IMG/VR virus record: IMGVR_UViG_3300036716_000812
DNA from: an uncultured virus (IMG/VR IMGVR_UViG_3300036716_000812)
Taxonomy: Duplodnaviria; Heunggongvirae; Uroviricota; Caudoviricetes
Reading direction: 5' to 3' (one strand)
Length of the DNA stretch: 64,000 nt
Below the pieces are notes generated by a model that ran no database searches, was not told the DNA's origin, and saw only the letters and a program-made list of their open reading frames with translations. Position 1 is the stretch's first letter, and every line of letters starts with the position of its first letter. Of this stretch, positions 40,501-48,096 are shown piece after piece. A program made the translations under genes and the position numbers.

Positions 40501-40804
40501 CGTTTGTGAGCGACCCTTTATTATATAGAGCGTTAATTAAATCATCATAAAATACATTATCAGTTGCATTTCTGTTTGAGAACGTTGGTTCTAACCCGTA
40601 ATTATCTCTTGCATATGATTGTGGCGGAAAAGAAAGATATATATCACTACTTTTAAATATTCCTTTTTCTTTTCTACCAACAAACGCTTTTGTTTTCTCC
40701 ATTTCACCAACAGAAAACGCACGGTCAAGAGTTGACTCAAATATTGTTTCTAACTCGCGGTTCTTTAAGTGTCCTGGTAAAAAGTCATAAATCTTCTTTG
40801 CCAT
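31553..40804 (-). CDS. Giant (3083 aa) baseplate/tail structural protein
   Basis: Directly follows the gp6-like gene; Ser/Thr-rich beta-strand central region; YIRETKPYHTKIRE motif; two copies of the Thr/Gly repeat. Confidence 0.65.
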   Translation of the reverse strand: MAKKIYDFLPGHLKNRELETIFESTLDRAFSVGEMEKTKAFVGRKEKGIFKSSDIYLSFPPQSYARDNYGLEPTFSNRNATDNVFYDDLINALYNKGSLTNDHRRLFNSNNTLRTVALPIDLDKFVNFSMYYWVPSSFRAEIFAGSDNKHYVTINNSTDMPHGTDNWWSKNNSWFHYDDIKAYIDDSNFELIVQASRPIIEFDQHIELSTSSADKSLSDVTWELPTFKSYDDTGTTQLSDIKIFHYVVGDNYVTDTELGFKPKLKAGDYYSEMVFNIDLLETSTYKWENPSITTYKQLMVSTTFDYRNLRQEVGDKITVSEIELLQSPKNFNSIDLYVDGKKQIGNYTFDTVSKKITLTSEVAGNIYVDYCTSTAVVYDGDTVFQKINPSLEYNIDNNSYVNVELVYSTMHEHMSRIIETTSGLTGDANASNNYRNIGDTIEKLRHADKGSILVINSIDIKEAYFALTREDYNPIKATEFLSNSYNGYKNKLLTTIIDKLSNSASDTKTDLQVLEDAIDTISLGKHSSVSIFRDSTMINFGENHSHYQQLDVNVIDGATEQVMPTFRDSILYDKDVVIILNDVVQRLNVDYTLSSGATEIIFTTDRSSSDTITVRHYINIKENYIPPSATSLGIAPAHIPEIITDTEYETDVNFIKGHDGSLIPAYPLVDYGQGNGPETNRIDKILFIFETLVFNNLSDNTNSTIDSMNYGLFGTSTNDYSNAEKKYIMYPFFKKWMSRNSIDNLTNDAHDASDFKTWNYRAKDETASGNWRGQLIRAYGTDRPLLEPWKAIKLSQKPVDFDSTYGTDYTTVAFWNLLISTNSLTCPVPVWGDADAPTPADVGKLKPPEDLFFGGVTFTYDDIELMKQAWEFGDNSPVELAWTRSSEYVFAEFLLMLLTNPFEIIHKYKNELADIIEYSNKNEGIDNKTTIKEKENYSFKLGSKLGGFVNNFKLQTENNALSNSRFTELPEDNFDLFVHAGVPNRSEFFSAIVLEKVSTATKHPEYSLQTAKESNYVAGTIVLNPNDSKYYKRKITEASAKEKADPNVIVFDYSRWTLISQPKIDKFGFRVHGYDELNPVFYSMGWDKASGEKAFSTAGDKLTLKSWQSGEYYRMDSYTLWNDIPYVCLTSHTSSTDFDDNIKDWKPVAEWPTTNKIQAMGYQDLVDDTVKNYNYGDILETVDEVAHLIMGYEHYLKLVGWEFTDSNEFAEPVDWENLLYKFLEWQSENNSVGDFITLTPLLTGGNFNTDYGVASVATETFKNYYRIVDASGRLIPNSEVNFHTDGSKLTFTSNVPIYGMKMDIRDIEHAFVVDRTDSYGDVIYDPHSHNRNLRVQVDCNRTIDWDGTMSVDGFIVYDNKLLPNFDTMIAETNSYRDTLVDQSLSIVNKLKSNQYGYTTRDYLTNHGVERESQLEFYKGFLSHKGTVSSIDKIINNNSDFENITQSDIWAIKLSEYGHQSSKFTMTKEVLVDDMIQDPFLIEYQDTTKELLPVTKENNIAIKTTGYVNESDVSYTTSTYDSLTSLTETSLYEGDTAWIQADTDREWDVVRLSEVAELSYIGETSDNQLYIGTASEIDDESASKPIYIKISADEITPTISGYYLLSSNGTKSVNGTIVHEYLVFEEDFEPLTVEIDSTTSNSVFVPTSSNSGVEAIGSVSNPEFTDNETITIDGTEFTYTATGLTSSGITILGTVANPIVTEDEQASFVVYNSGGTVENGTSTTVTFTGTVAKTIGAFSSTYGDEIKIDDTSLTIDYSNTENISKTTTATRSSALTTNNTVVIDGTTKTIEDLTVTGTVSSPVMSSTKPLTINGDTVTLTSGDDLTAIVNAINSGTGNVVASASSNQLVLTTSVPQLTMTGGSLIDLGLSTTNAYTDSKLDNLATDLTTITDITATVGADNRMTIASSGSQMVISGTALAELGITAGTYETNSPPTLDSVTAQINAIGVSGVSAQVITGTIKITSTNHNLDIVEVTSGAMSRLGYTTTTAHPGPGPETGNPMVAVDATDNIIVDLNNQVFQGSTVEAVKSDRQVKITSTEKSIVTSNISGNPLSDLGITAGTYSNATSSSPSALEFASQITAASDLVVGLSSDGRMIFTSDSVQMSFSGTSSSMLTRVGLVLTYSNVTSSANFKAMQWKSVRYTPGFNGSSRLEFETALGLNSASKLWIDNYSTAGWAVLSYSPATGTSIHARKATVIDTDLTKRLIVQDGENFINHQLYDPLNLKMPGQIVSKLDYIMWTDPAKYDTTTSNDLWLDEKLDTIWWDTEDARFYRYNDYGDANGNLDVDFVRKYWGKTVDSSNIIIRKWTKSRTLPVATTAYNTKTYYDTDAGKEITDYFFWSSTDSDAKNLAMLLASSAPKNRFLPVGKTSAIITNHSKSYDSSKITTSLEYQVTTGIVKETSDWQLLIEDNDTPVNPVVLDDMTDSISGITIENLLSDDKCRFKSTYATKFTTSDLEDINFAVVTPVDANGNQFISGLTINDIVVTHDNKTVKSSYLTIEGSTLKISQNHKMTVGDVLRVYKISKTDNNWFTIEHKARENFASIINAVMSKELLQTKYSNHAQYIDTDDFIFSLGDWYIDDNYKTIKTFSYLSTTREFDMIGQYQNGIKSFKLKLPTHDEYYFEIDNRLQLVNRSKSSLNIELSSITYPETKTGGNFVIGEQYEILSVGTTDFTLIGAGANSVGETFTATGTGTGNGTVVEEYYKNAVGVQIQELMNLIRNHSETSFINNIFYRMIDYLYTEKSYPDWLFKTSYFDLNLHSRELKQHAVYQRDGETDILEYIRETKPYHTKIREVKRLNKTSDTAIVSTTIDENLNLTLDFGKASRYKKQGEVFDGGTTGNTPTNTTDKDIGSHGDLEAGDFLRNRTTATTVEGGIDTGQVDARAVESSVVILQDYKDGSNDADIHATDGDLTGFTLDKTEFYVYDVYGRGYNVPIKDWGTLADTWTINSGSFVIGREYTIVSVGTTDFTLIGATDSNVGTVFTATGVGTGTGTARGRFKYTGLQGTAKAEELSASKKNKKLIAVQSVSNPENVEFMMYDKNTGGELNIVERALYTTVGHNFSQNDRVFVLETPLALVLQDQK

Positions 40805-40806
40805 CT

Positions 40807-43800
40807 TTATTCGCCTTGTAATTCAGATTGTGATAATTGTGTAATTATTTTTACATCATTTGATGTTGTGACTGCCATGAACACTTCGTTTAAGGCACAA
40901 GAGATACTCAATAGGTTTGTAAATTCATTTGAAGAATATTTAGGTGTAATCACTACACTCGAAATATAATCTCCTAGTTCCTTATGTAAGTAAGCCGCTA
41001 GTTCCGAGAAGTAGAACGTGTCTCCAAAATCCCAGTTATCAATTTTAAAATATTCATTCACTTTTGTAGATACTGCGGTTTTTATTTCACTATCAGTATA
41101 TCCGACGCCCAACTTCTTAATCACCTTGAATACTGCTTGGTTCTCTGACATAGCATATGAACCAAATAAGTACTTAAATTCTACTGGGATATAAGCAACA
41201 TGGTCTGCAATGGCTGCCTTAGGCTCAATTGTATTCATCAATTTTTTCAATTCATAATTGTTCGGCGGAACTGGAGTAGAAGTTGTGAAATCGTTTGCTA
41301 TCCATTTTTCTACATTTCTAACATAATCAGAACTCAACACATACATATCAACAATGTTACTTGTGCTAGGATTGATTCTCTTGTTTATATCAGCATAATG
41401 GTCCCATCTAAAACTTGTAAAGTCATCTTCAGCAAATGATATTCCTTCTTTTACTGCATATGCAGTCCCATCATGGACAATAGTTTCTCCGCTACCACTA
41501 AAGTTTAAAGAGTCTGACCAAATTCCAGCGATTCGTTTGTACCACTTTGGAGGACTTTCAGTAGTGTTGTACCACAGTCCAGCAGTCAATGGAACTGAAT
41601 TATCTGGAACTGGTGGAGTAGTAACACCAACTTGTGGTGCGGCAAATGCGTACTTTGATGCTCTATCATAATCTACTGTGCCTACTCTATAACTTTCAGT
41701 CACTAGTTTCTTTCCAGAAGTAATAGTGAATACTTCGTATGGATTTCCGCCTGTGCTTCCTGAAAACAATTTAACTTTAGTGTTATCTTTATATCCAGCC
41801 GGAGTGTAATAGTCATCGTATACATGTGATGACAATGTTTTGTATGTCGCACCTGTTTCTTTGGCGATAATCGCTAAGTCAAACGATGAAGAAACCCTCA
41901 CTGAGAAGTCAGCAATATCTGACAAGTTTGCTGGCGCTCCAACAAACACGTCAATTAGGTCGCCAACTGAAACATCGTGTGTCCAGAAAATAATCTTATA
42001 TGTGTTTCCTGATGTGTTTGTTATTGTTGTGTGTTCCGCATCAATAAAACTTCCAGTTACAGTTCTAAGAAGAACGTTACTCGTTGTGAGTGTGGTAGAA
42101 CTTACTAATGAAAATTCGCCATAAGCATATTGTTTGAATTTAATATCTTGGTCTAGTGTGTTTATGTTTAACTGGTTCTGATTGCCGGGTGTGCCTGGGT
42201 CTGTGTCTGCATGTTGAAATGGTAAAGTAAATGTATACTCTGTAGTTCCAGCGTCATATGATGTCACTATTCCTGTGCCACTCTGTTCAATACCATCTCC
42301 TTCATCAATAAACGAAAATTTACTACCAGCATTACTAAAATAAGTTGTTGATGGTTTTCCTTTAAAACCGAAGGTATTTAAATCAGCCGTACTGACTGTT
42401 GCAAAACTACTATCTGCGTTAGAATGTTCTTCATCGCCAGAGTAGTTGATAGTAATGTTTGTATTTGACAAATTAGTGTCTGTTGAGGCAGTTACTGCCT
42501 GGTCTAGGCCTATTTCTGAATCTAAAGATGTTACGGTAGTCAGGTCATCAATTCTTAAAGTAAGAGTATCAATTCCATCACCTGTTAGTTGGTCTGTTGC
42601 GTCACCAATAATCTTACCTGAATCTGAAGTGGGAGAATGTATGTTTGCTGCCGCTAATGGATATTCAACTCCATCAGGCGACACAAGAGTATGTGACCAC
42701 GACTGGTTGTCACCAACTGCGGGATTTGTATTAACGAAATTATATGTTTCTCTTGCACCAGTGTATTGATACACTGCCTTAAATTCTGCACCTGGGCCGG
42801 TAGTTGAGTCGGGCCAGTTAACTAAGCCTGTTATTGGTGCTTGCCCTACAGTCACTGATGAAGCAACTTCTGAATTGTCATATTCATTGGTAGTCGTGTC
42901 TGATAAGTAGTTTAGAAATATAGTGTCTCTCTGAGATAGATTCGTTTCGTTATCAACTACATTTGTGATGTTGCCATAGAAGAACTTGACTTGGTCTCTA
43001 CTTTCAAATGCTACATTCTTGCCTGTGAATTCTGCTATATATTCTGATTCGTTGTCTCTAATTCCAGAAGTATAGTTAAAGACTACATGTATCTCTGATG
43101 GCGCAGAACCTGTGTGAACTTGCCATTCCCATTGTTGTGGCTTTCCGGCTACTAATGCATACTTCAATGTAAACGTTGTTTCAGAAACGCTATCTACTTT
43201 AGCCTTTATTGCGGCGACTTCATCATCTGTGAATTTTGTTCTTACACCTCTTATAATTTTTATAATAGTTCCATCTGCTGGTATCGATTTGTTTATTGTG
43301 TAATTTGCAGAATTGTCACTAAGATTTTTTCCCACCGTTACAACTGTTGCGTATGTTGTTGTTTCTCCAACGCTCAGTTGAAATGTGTCGCCTTCAAATA
43401 CCGTATTACCTATCGTAGAATTTATTACCATCGAATCGCTTGATGATGCCGTAAATGATTTTGCCACTGCGACATTTATACCAACAGCACTGTGATTTTT
43501 ATAGTAAAATTGATTTAACAGGCCTGGATGTTTGATTGCTTTTGTGAGTTCGTTTCTTATAAAATTATCACTTTTGCCTTGTTCTTTGTTATAACTTAAG
43601 GGAACTTTTACTACTTCGTCTTCGACAAATAAACTTCCGTCAGTGCCTGCTACACTTAAATTTGAATGATGACCTAACACGTCATCCATTTCAAAGTAAC
43701 GAGAGTTTCCTGCGAATGATGTATTAACTGATTTTAATTTTCTGACAACATTAGTACCAAGTGTTAATGGGTAAACATTATAATCTTGTGCGTTTACCAT

Positions 43801-45093
43801 TCTATCTTGTGAGTAATAACTTCTTGGTGCAATTCTACGTACACTTGCGTATGTTTCACCAGAGTAGTTTTCAGTAAAGTCTCTAGTACTTGTTAGTGTA
43901 AATGTTAATCGATATATTCGGTTATCACTGCCAGTATATGGAACTGTGATTGCTACATTATTAATATCATCTGCTTCTACAGAAAAGTTATCATTGTCTA
44001 CTGTTCTGAACCATGTTCTGTATCCACCAGATGCGGCATTACCGAATACTCCATCTGGATAAGTTAATTCTATTGAATTGTTGTCAGTTGAACTAACACT
44101 TACTATATCACCAGAACCTGTTCGTAACGCATTAAATATTGCAGTTTCACGACTCTGGTTGTCTACTTTAGAAACACTTGAAAGATATGATTTATTTGAA
44201 TCAACTTTCGTAACCCAAACATCACTGTTTGATATATTTACTTCAGATATCTTTTGTCTTCTATTTGAGATTACTGATGTATAATTCTTGTCTTCGTACC
44301 CCAATTGTCCAGCGACCGCATAAACAAAGAAACCTGTTCTATCACTAGAAGAACCCAAACCATCGTTTCTATTTACAAGTGTAAAGTTTTTAGAAAGATT
44401 TGGTTCATCTTCGTAAATTGTATCTGATGTCTGGTCTAAAACAACACGCACAGCCTCAAAGTTTCTAGTGGTACCTGCAATTGGTGTGTTAAATGAATAA
44501 TTTATGTTTTTTGCACTTGAAGCCTCATTTATTTCATACAAAGAATAATCTATTTCATCGACTGATAACGTAGATGCTGGATTTTGAATTTTTGTATTTC
44601 CAGCGAATGAAGAGTTTAAAATACTAATAAAGTTCTCATACCAGTCAGCATTGTTGCTGTCGTTCCAATTTATAGTTTTGCCTGCTAGAGATACTCCCTC
44701 GTTGTCTAAGACATCCTCGTTTGTTGAAACGCTTGAGATTTTCATAAATCCTTTTGCGTTAATTGGTCTAGTTTTATTATAACCCAGAGATTTAGCCATT
44801 TGAAGAATGCTGGCTCTACGTTCAGCAGTGTCCATAAAGTTTTCACGGGTATTCATATCTAGTCTGAATGATAGACTGTGTCCCATGTATGCAACTAAAT
44901 CTAAGATTGCGATAAATTCAGAACTTGCTACGAAGTCATTAAATTTTTCAGGATAAGTTTGTGCTGTGTAATCTAATAAGGCAGTTCGGATAGTGTCGAA
45001 GTCATATGCTTTAAGACTGATATTTGAAAATGCAGTATATACTGCTGTCCAACTTTCACTTGCGAATAGATTGTCTGTACGTTCTTGGCTCAT
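40807..45093 (-). CDS. Baseplate wedge subunit (T4 gp6-like, enlarged)
   Basis: YDFDTIR..FIAILDLVAY..ENFMDTAERRASI..GY; YPDGVFGN; QDRMVNAQDY; WDFGDTFYFSEL. Confidence 0.8.
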   Translation of the reverse strand: MSQERTDNLFASESWTAVYTAFSNISLKAYDFDTIRTALLDYTAQTYPEKFNDFVASSEFIAILDLVAYMGHSLSFRLDMNTRENFMDTAERRASILQMAKSLGYNKTRPINAKGFMKISSVSTNEDVLDNEGVSLAGKTINWNDSNNADWYENFISILNSSFAGNTKIQNPASTLSVDEIDYSLYEINEASSAKNINYSFNTPIAGTTRNFEAVRVVLDQTSDTIYEDEPNLSKNFTLVNRNDGLGSSSDRTGFFVYAVAGQLGYEDKNYTSVISNRRQKISEVNISNSDVWVTKVDSNKSYLSSVSKVDNQSRETAIFNALRTGSGDIVSVSSTDNNSIELTYPDGVFGNAASGGYRTWFRTVDNDNFSVEADDINNVAITVPYTGSDNRIYRLTFTLTSTRDFTENYSGETYASVRRIAPRSYYSQDRMVNAQDYNVYPLTLGTNVVRKLKSVNTSFAGNSRYFEMDDVLGHHSNLSVAGTDGSLFVEDEVVKVPLSYNKEQGKSDNFIRNELTKAIKHPGLLNQFYYKNHSAVGINVAVAKSFTASSSDSMVINSTIGNTVFEGDTFQLSVGETTTYATVVTVGKNLSDNSANYTINKSIPADGTIIKIIRGVRTKFTDDEVAAIKAKVDSVSETTFTLKYALVAGKPQQWEWQVHTGSAPSEIHVVFNYTSGIRDNESEYIAEFTGKNVAFESRDQVKFFYGNITNVVDNETNLSQRDTIFLNYLSDTTTNEYDNSEVASSVTVGQAPITGLVNWPDSTTGPGAEFKAVYQYTGARETYNFVNTNPAVGDNQSWSHTLVSPDGVEYPLAAANIHSPTSDSGKIIGDATDQLTGDGIDTLTLRIDDLTTVTSLDSEIGLDQAVTASTDTNLSNTNITINYSGDEEHSNADSSFATVSTADLNTFGFKGKPSTTYFSNAGSKFSFIDEGDGIEQSGTGIVTSYDAGTTEYTFTLPFQHADTDPGTPGNQNQLNINTLDQDIKFKQYAYGEFSLVSSTTLTTSNVLLRTVTGSFIDAEHTTITNTSGNTYKIIFWTHDVSVGDLIDVFVGAPANLSDIADFSVRVSSSFDLAIIAKETGATYKTLSSHVYDDYYTPAGYKDNTKVKLFSGSTGGNPYEVFTITSGKKLVTESYRVGTVDYDRASKYAFAAPQVGVTTPPVPDNSVPLTAGLWYNTTESPPKWYKRIAGIWSDSLNFSGSGETIVHDGTAYAVKEGISFAEDDFTSFRWDHYADINKRINPSTSNIVDMYVLSSDYVRNVEKWIANDFTTSTPVPPNNYELKKLMNTIEPKAAIADHVAYIPVEFKYLFGSYAMSENQAVFKVIKKLGVGYTDSEIKTAVSTKVNEYFKIDNWDFGDTFYFSELAAYLHKELGDYISSVVITPKYSSNEFTNLLSISCALNEVFMAVTTSNDVKIITQLSQSELQGE

Positions 45094-45106
45094 AATTGTC
45101 TCTCTA

Positions 45107-45463
45107 TTATTCTCTATCTAAGTCTATACTTAATTCTACGGTTTCGTTTGATGGTAGAATTTCAATTCTTAACATAGCGTTTATTGTGTGGTCCGAGTCT
45201 GTAACTTCACAACTAACATAGTTAACTCTCGGGTCATCATTTATAATATTTGTTAAATCTTCTTTAATTAAATCAGTTGTTTCTTCAGTTAATGGCTCGA
45301 ATTTCATTTCATGGATAATCGACCCATAATTGGGCAACATCACACGTTCGCCTTTACGGGTCATGATATTATTCATGAGGTCTTCAATCACTAAGTCTTT
45401 GTCTTGTAACTCGTGATTTATTGCATTTATATTTTTGGTACTAAACCCTGCGAATGTTGCCAT
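45107..45463 (-). CDS. Baseplate protein, GPW/gp25 family
   Basis: TRKGERVMLPNYGS..FEPL..DPRV. Confidence 0.88.
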   Translation of the reverse strand: MATFAGFSTKNINAINHELQDKDLVIEDLMNNIMTRKGERVMLPNYGSIIHEMKFEPLTEETTDLIKEDLTNIINDDPRVNYVSCEVTDSDHTINAMLRIEILPSNETVELSIDLDRE

Positions 45464-45496
45464 AACTTTTATTTTCTCTGTAGTTTATGTTACATG

Positions 45497-45504
45497 TATT
45501 TATC
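45497..45504 (-). promoter_or_regulatory. Putative late promoter (GATAAATA) for the gp25-gp6 baseplate operon
   Basis: Octamer ~35 nt upstream of the gp25-like start. Confidence 0.6.
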
Positions 45505-45530
45505 TCCACATAATATTCGTAGTTTTTATG

Positions 45531-45570
45531 TTGACTTTTGGGTTTAATAATGTTATTATACATATAAATA
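45531..45570 (+). promoter_or_regulatory. Sigma70 promoter (TTGACT-17-TATTAT) plus late TATAAATA (45563-45570) upstream of clpP
   Basis: Motifs read directly from the sequence. Confidence 0.65.
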
Positions 45571-45600
45571 ATAGCAATAATACCACAAGGATAACATCTA

Positions 45601-46191
45601 ATGCCAAATTTAGTACCAATGGTCGTTGACCAATCAGCAAATGGAGAGCGTAGTTACGATATTTTCTCTCGTTTATTAAAAGAAAGAGTTATATTTTTGA
45701 CTAGTGAGGTTAATGACTATCAGGCAGACTTGATTTGTGCCCAGTTATTATTCTTAGAAGCAGAGAATTCAGAAAAAGATATTCATTTCTATATCAATTC
45801 ACCAGGTGGTGCAGTGACATCTGGCATGGCAATTTACGATACAATGCAGTTTATTACATCTCCAGTGTCAACTACTGTAATGGGTCAAGCATGTAGCATG
45901 GGTTCATTACTTGCTCAAGCAGGCGCTGAAGGTAAACGATATGTATTACCAAATAGTCGCACAATGATTCATCAGCCAAGTGGCGGAGCAGGTGGACAAG
46001 CAACTGATATGGAAATTCAAGTTAAAGAAATTCTTAAGATGAAAGAAAGACTTACTGGAATTTATGTATCACACAATACTGCCGGAAAGACATTTGAAGA
46101 GTTGACTGAAGCGATGGAGCGAGACAACTTTATGTCTGCTGAAGAGACTGTTGCGTTTGGACTAGCAGATAAAGTTATAGATAAGCGTTAA
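45601..46191 (+). CDS. clpP: ATP-dependent Clp protease proteolytic subunit
   Basis: [37 protein letters not shown] (Ser), MIHQP (His), ERD (Asp). Confidence 0.95.
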   Translation: MPNLVPMVVDQSANGERSYDIFSRLLKERVIFLTSEVNDYQADLICAQLLFLEAENSEKDIHFYINSPGGAVTSGMAIYDTMQFITSPVSTTVMGQACSMGSLLAQAGAEGKRYVLPNSRTMIHQPSGGAGGQATDMEIQVKEILKMKERLTGIYVSHNTAGKTFEELTEAMERDNFMSAEETVAFGLADKVIDKR

Positions 46192-46820
46192 ACACCAGGA
46201 ACATAACTGAACATTTGGGCAGTTTTCATCTTTCTTTGTGCCAGTTTATCATTTACTTTGCCATTCTTTTTTATATTACTTTGAATTTCATCTGTTACTG
46301 AATACCAGTCTTTTGCATTTATAAGTTTTATGATTGGGCTATTTTCTATCGCACTTACGCCTTCATAAAAAAAGTGATATAGTAACGCATCATAATGTGG
46401 TTGTGCAATCTTTACTTTAACGAATTTCTCTAGTACATTTCCAATATTTCTTAGTTGTTTCTCTAAAATAAACCGAGAGGCACCAAGTGTTATCTTGTTT
46501 GTTGATATATCTACACGAGTGGAAGCCACAGTAATATATCCATACTCTATTTCAGTATCTGAGATATTATAATTATATCCTATTACATTATTAACAATTG
46601 TAGTAGTTGGGGTGTTATCTAGTATAATCGCATCTTTGCTCACTGATGAAAATGTTAAATCTTTCAAGTCACTAAGTTGAACCCGTATATGAGAAAGAAT
46701 ATAATTTGGATTTCCATTTTCGTGGTAATTTGTACCTAAAAATGTGCCAACATCTGTTATAACATTTAATGGCATTTGTATATAATTTAGCAATGAGCCT
46801 TGTCTTTTATCGTATATCAT
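46188..46820 (-). CDS. Degenerate lysozyme-like (GH24-fold) baseplate protein
   Basis: [36 protein letters not shown] resembles the phage lysozyme C-terminal motif; catalytic region not recognisable. Confidence 0.5.
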   Translation of the reverse strand: MIYDKRQGSLLNYIQMPLNVITDVGTFLGTNYHENGNPNYILSHIRVQLSDLKDLTFSSVSKDAIILDNTPTTTIVNNVIGYNYNISDTEIEYGYITVASTRVDISTNKITLGASRFILEKQLRNIGNVLEKFVKVKIAQPHYDALLYHFFYEGVSAIENSPIIKLINAKDWYSVTDEIQSNIKKNGKVNDKLAQRKMKTAQMFSYVPGV

Positions 46821-46823
46821 GGT

Positions 46824-48077
46824 TTACTCCATATTCGCTTTACCGTCATCACTTGCTTTTGATATAGCAAATTCACTAGTTGTTAATTTATTAGCATGAG
46901 GTCTAATGAATGGCTCGTGTGTTGGCATCTCAGAAACTATTGTACCTTTAAGTTTTGTTGATTCTAAGTTTTCATCGATATCTGATTTGTCAGTTAATAT
47001 AATAAGTTCTGATTTTGGTGACTCCGGTCCATTTAGATGTAATAATCCCGCTGTGGTTACTCTACAATCTACACCAACATTGATATTCATCATTGCTTCA
47101 CTTTGTAAAAATTGGGTGCCTTTGCTTCGTAAATGCAATTCTTTGTCTGAGTTAATTTTTGTATTACCCTCGATACTGTGTATGTTGATGTTCTCTCCTG
47201 CTTCCAGATTTATATTCTTATCTGCTCTCAAATTAAAGTCTTTCTGCGTTCTCATATTCAACGAGCCTTTCGCATATACCATAACTTCACCATTTGCTCC
47301 AATTTCTACCCATCCAGAGCCAGAACTATTGACTATGTAAATAAAGTCGTTTCCACCGTCTAACGTTACTGCCGCACCAGACGATGTTGTTATTTTTATT
47401 TGCTCAGGATGAATCGTACCATCATCTGCTACACTGCCATCATCTATAGAAATAGAACATCCACCAGAAGACTTTATTCCTGTTACTTTGGAATGTTGTG
47501 TTGTTTCGTATCCACCATCTCTACGAGAACTTGAAGTGGTTGGTCCTCTTAGTTGGTCAGAGAATGTTCCTTGATTACCGAGAATTCTATTAAATGCTGA
47601 GTTTGGTAATTCTTCTCCATCTATTTCGGCATCTCCTTCGTTGGCGACATCTTTCAAAACAGAAACGCCTTCATATGCACCTTCACCAATTCCAGAACCG
47701 TCAATATGTGGATTTCCTAAAACACCGCCAGCAACTACATCTACTGTATCTGATGCTGTCGCAAACCAATATGAGTCATCTAAGGAATTATTACCTGCAA
47801 AGAATACGAGAATTTCAGTACCAGTCTTATCAGGAACAGTAAAAACTGCTCCAGTTTTTGCATGTTTAAATATTCTAGGCCTATTGGGTGTCATACCCAG
47901 AGAAGGAATATAAGCGGCTACTCTGCCTTGTCCCATTGGGTCAATCAAAGATTCGCCAGTTGAAATGTCTGTGGTAATAACGATTGCTTTATAAATATTA
48001 CCCAACTTTGCCAGAATAGGATTTGCATTAATTGACTTCTTATCATTTATATTCTGTGCTAATGTGTTGTCTGCCAT
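46824..48077 (-). CDS. Baseplate central spike, gp5/VgrG-like (OB-fold plus beta-helix)
   Basis: DPMGQGRV, PDKTGTEILVFF, repeated beta-helix motifs (DFNLRADKNINLEAGENINIHS), C-terminal MPTHEPF. Confidence 0.7.
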   Translation of the reverse strand: MADNTLAQNINDKKSINANPILAKLGNIYKAIVITTDISTGESLIDPMGQGRVAAYIPSLGMTPNRPRIFKHAKTGAVFTVPDKTGTEILVFFAGNNSLDDSYWFATASDTVDVVAGGVLGNPHIDGSGIGEGAYEGVSVLKDVANEGDAEIDGEELPNSAFNRILGNQGTFSDQLRGPTTSSSRRDGGYETTQHSKVTGIKSSGGCSISIDDGSVADDGTIHPEQIKITTSSGAAVTLDGGNDFIYIVNSSGSGWVEIGANGEVMVYAKGSLNMRTQKDFNLRADKNINLEAGENINIHSIEGNTKINSDKELHLRSKGTQFLQSEAMMNINVGVDCRVTTAGLLHLNGPESPKSELIILTDKSDIDENLESTKLKGTIVSEMPTHEPFIRPHANKLTTSEFAISKASDDGKANME

Positions 48078-48096
48078 AGTTTAATTTCCTTACTTA

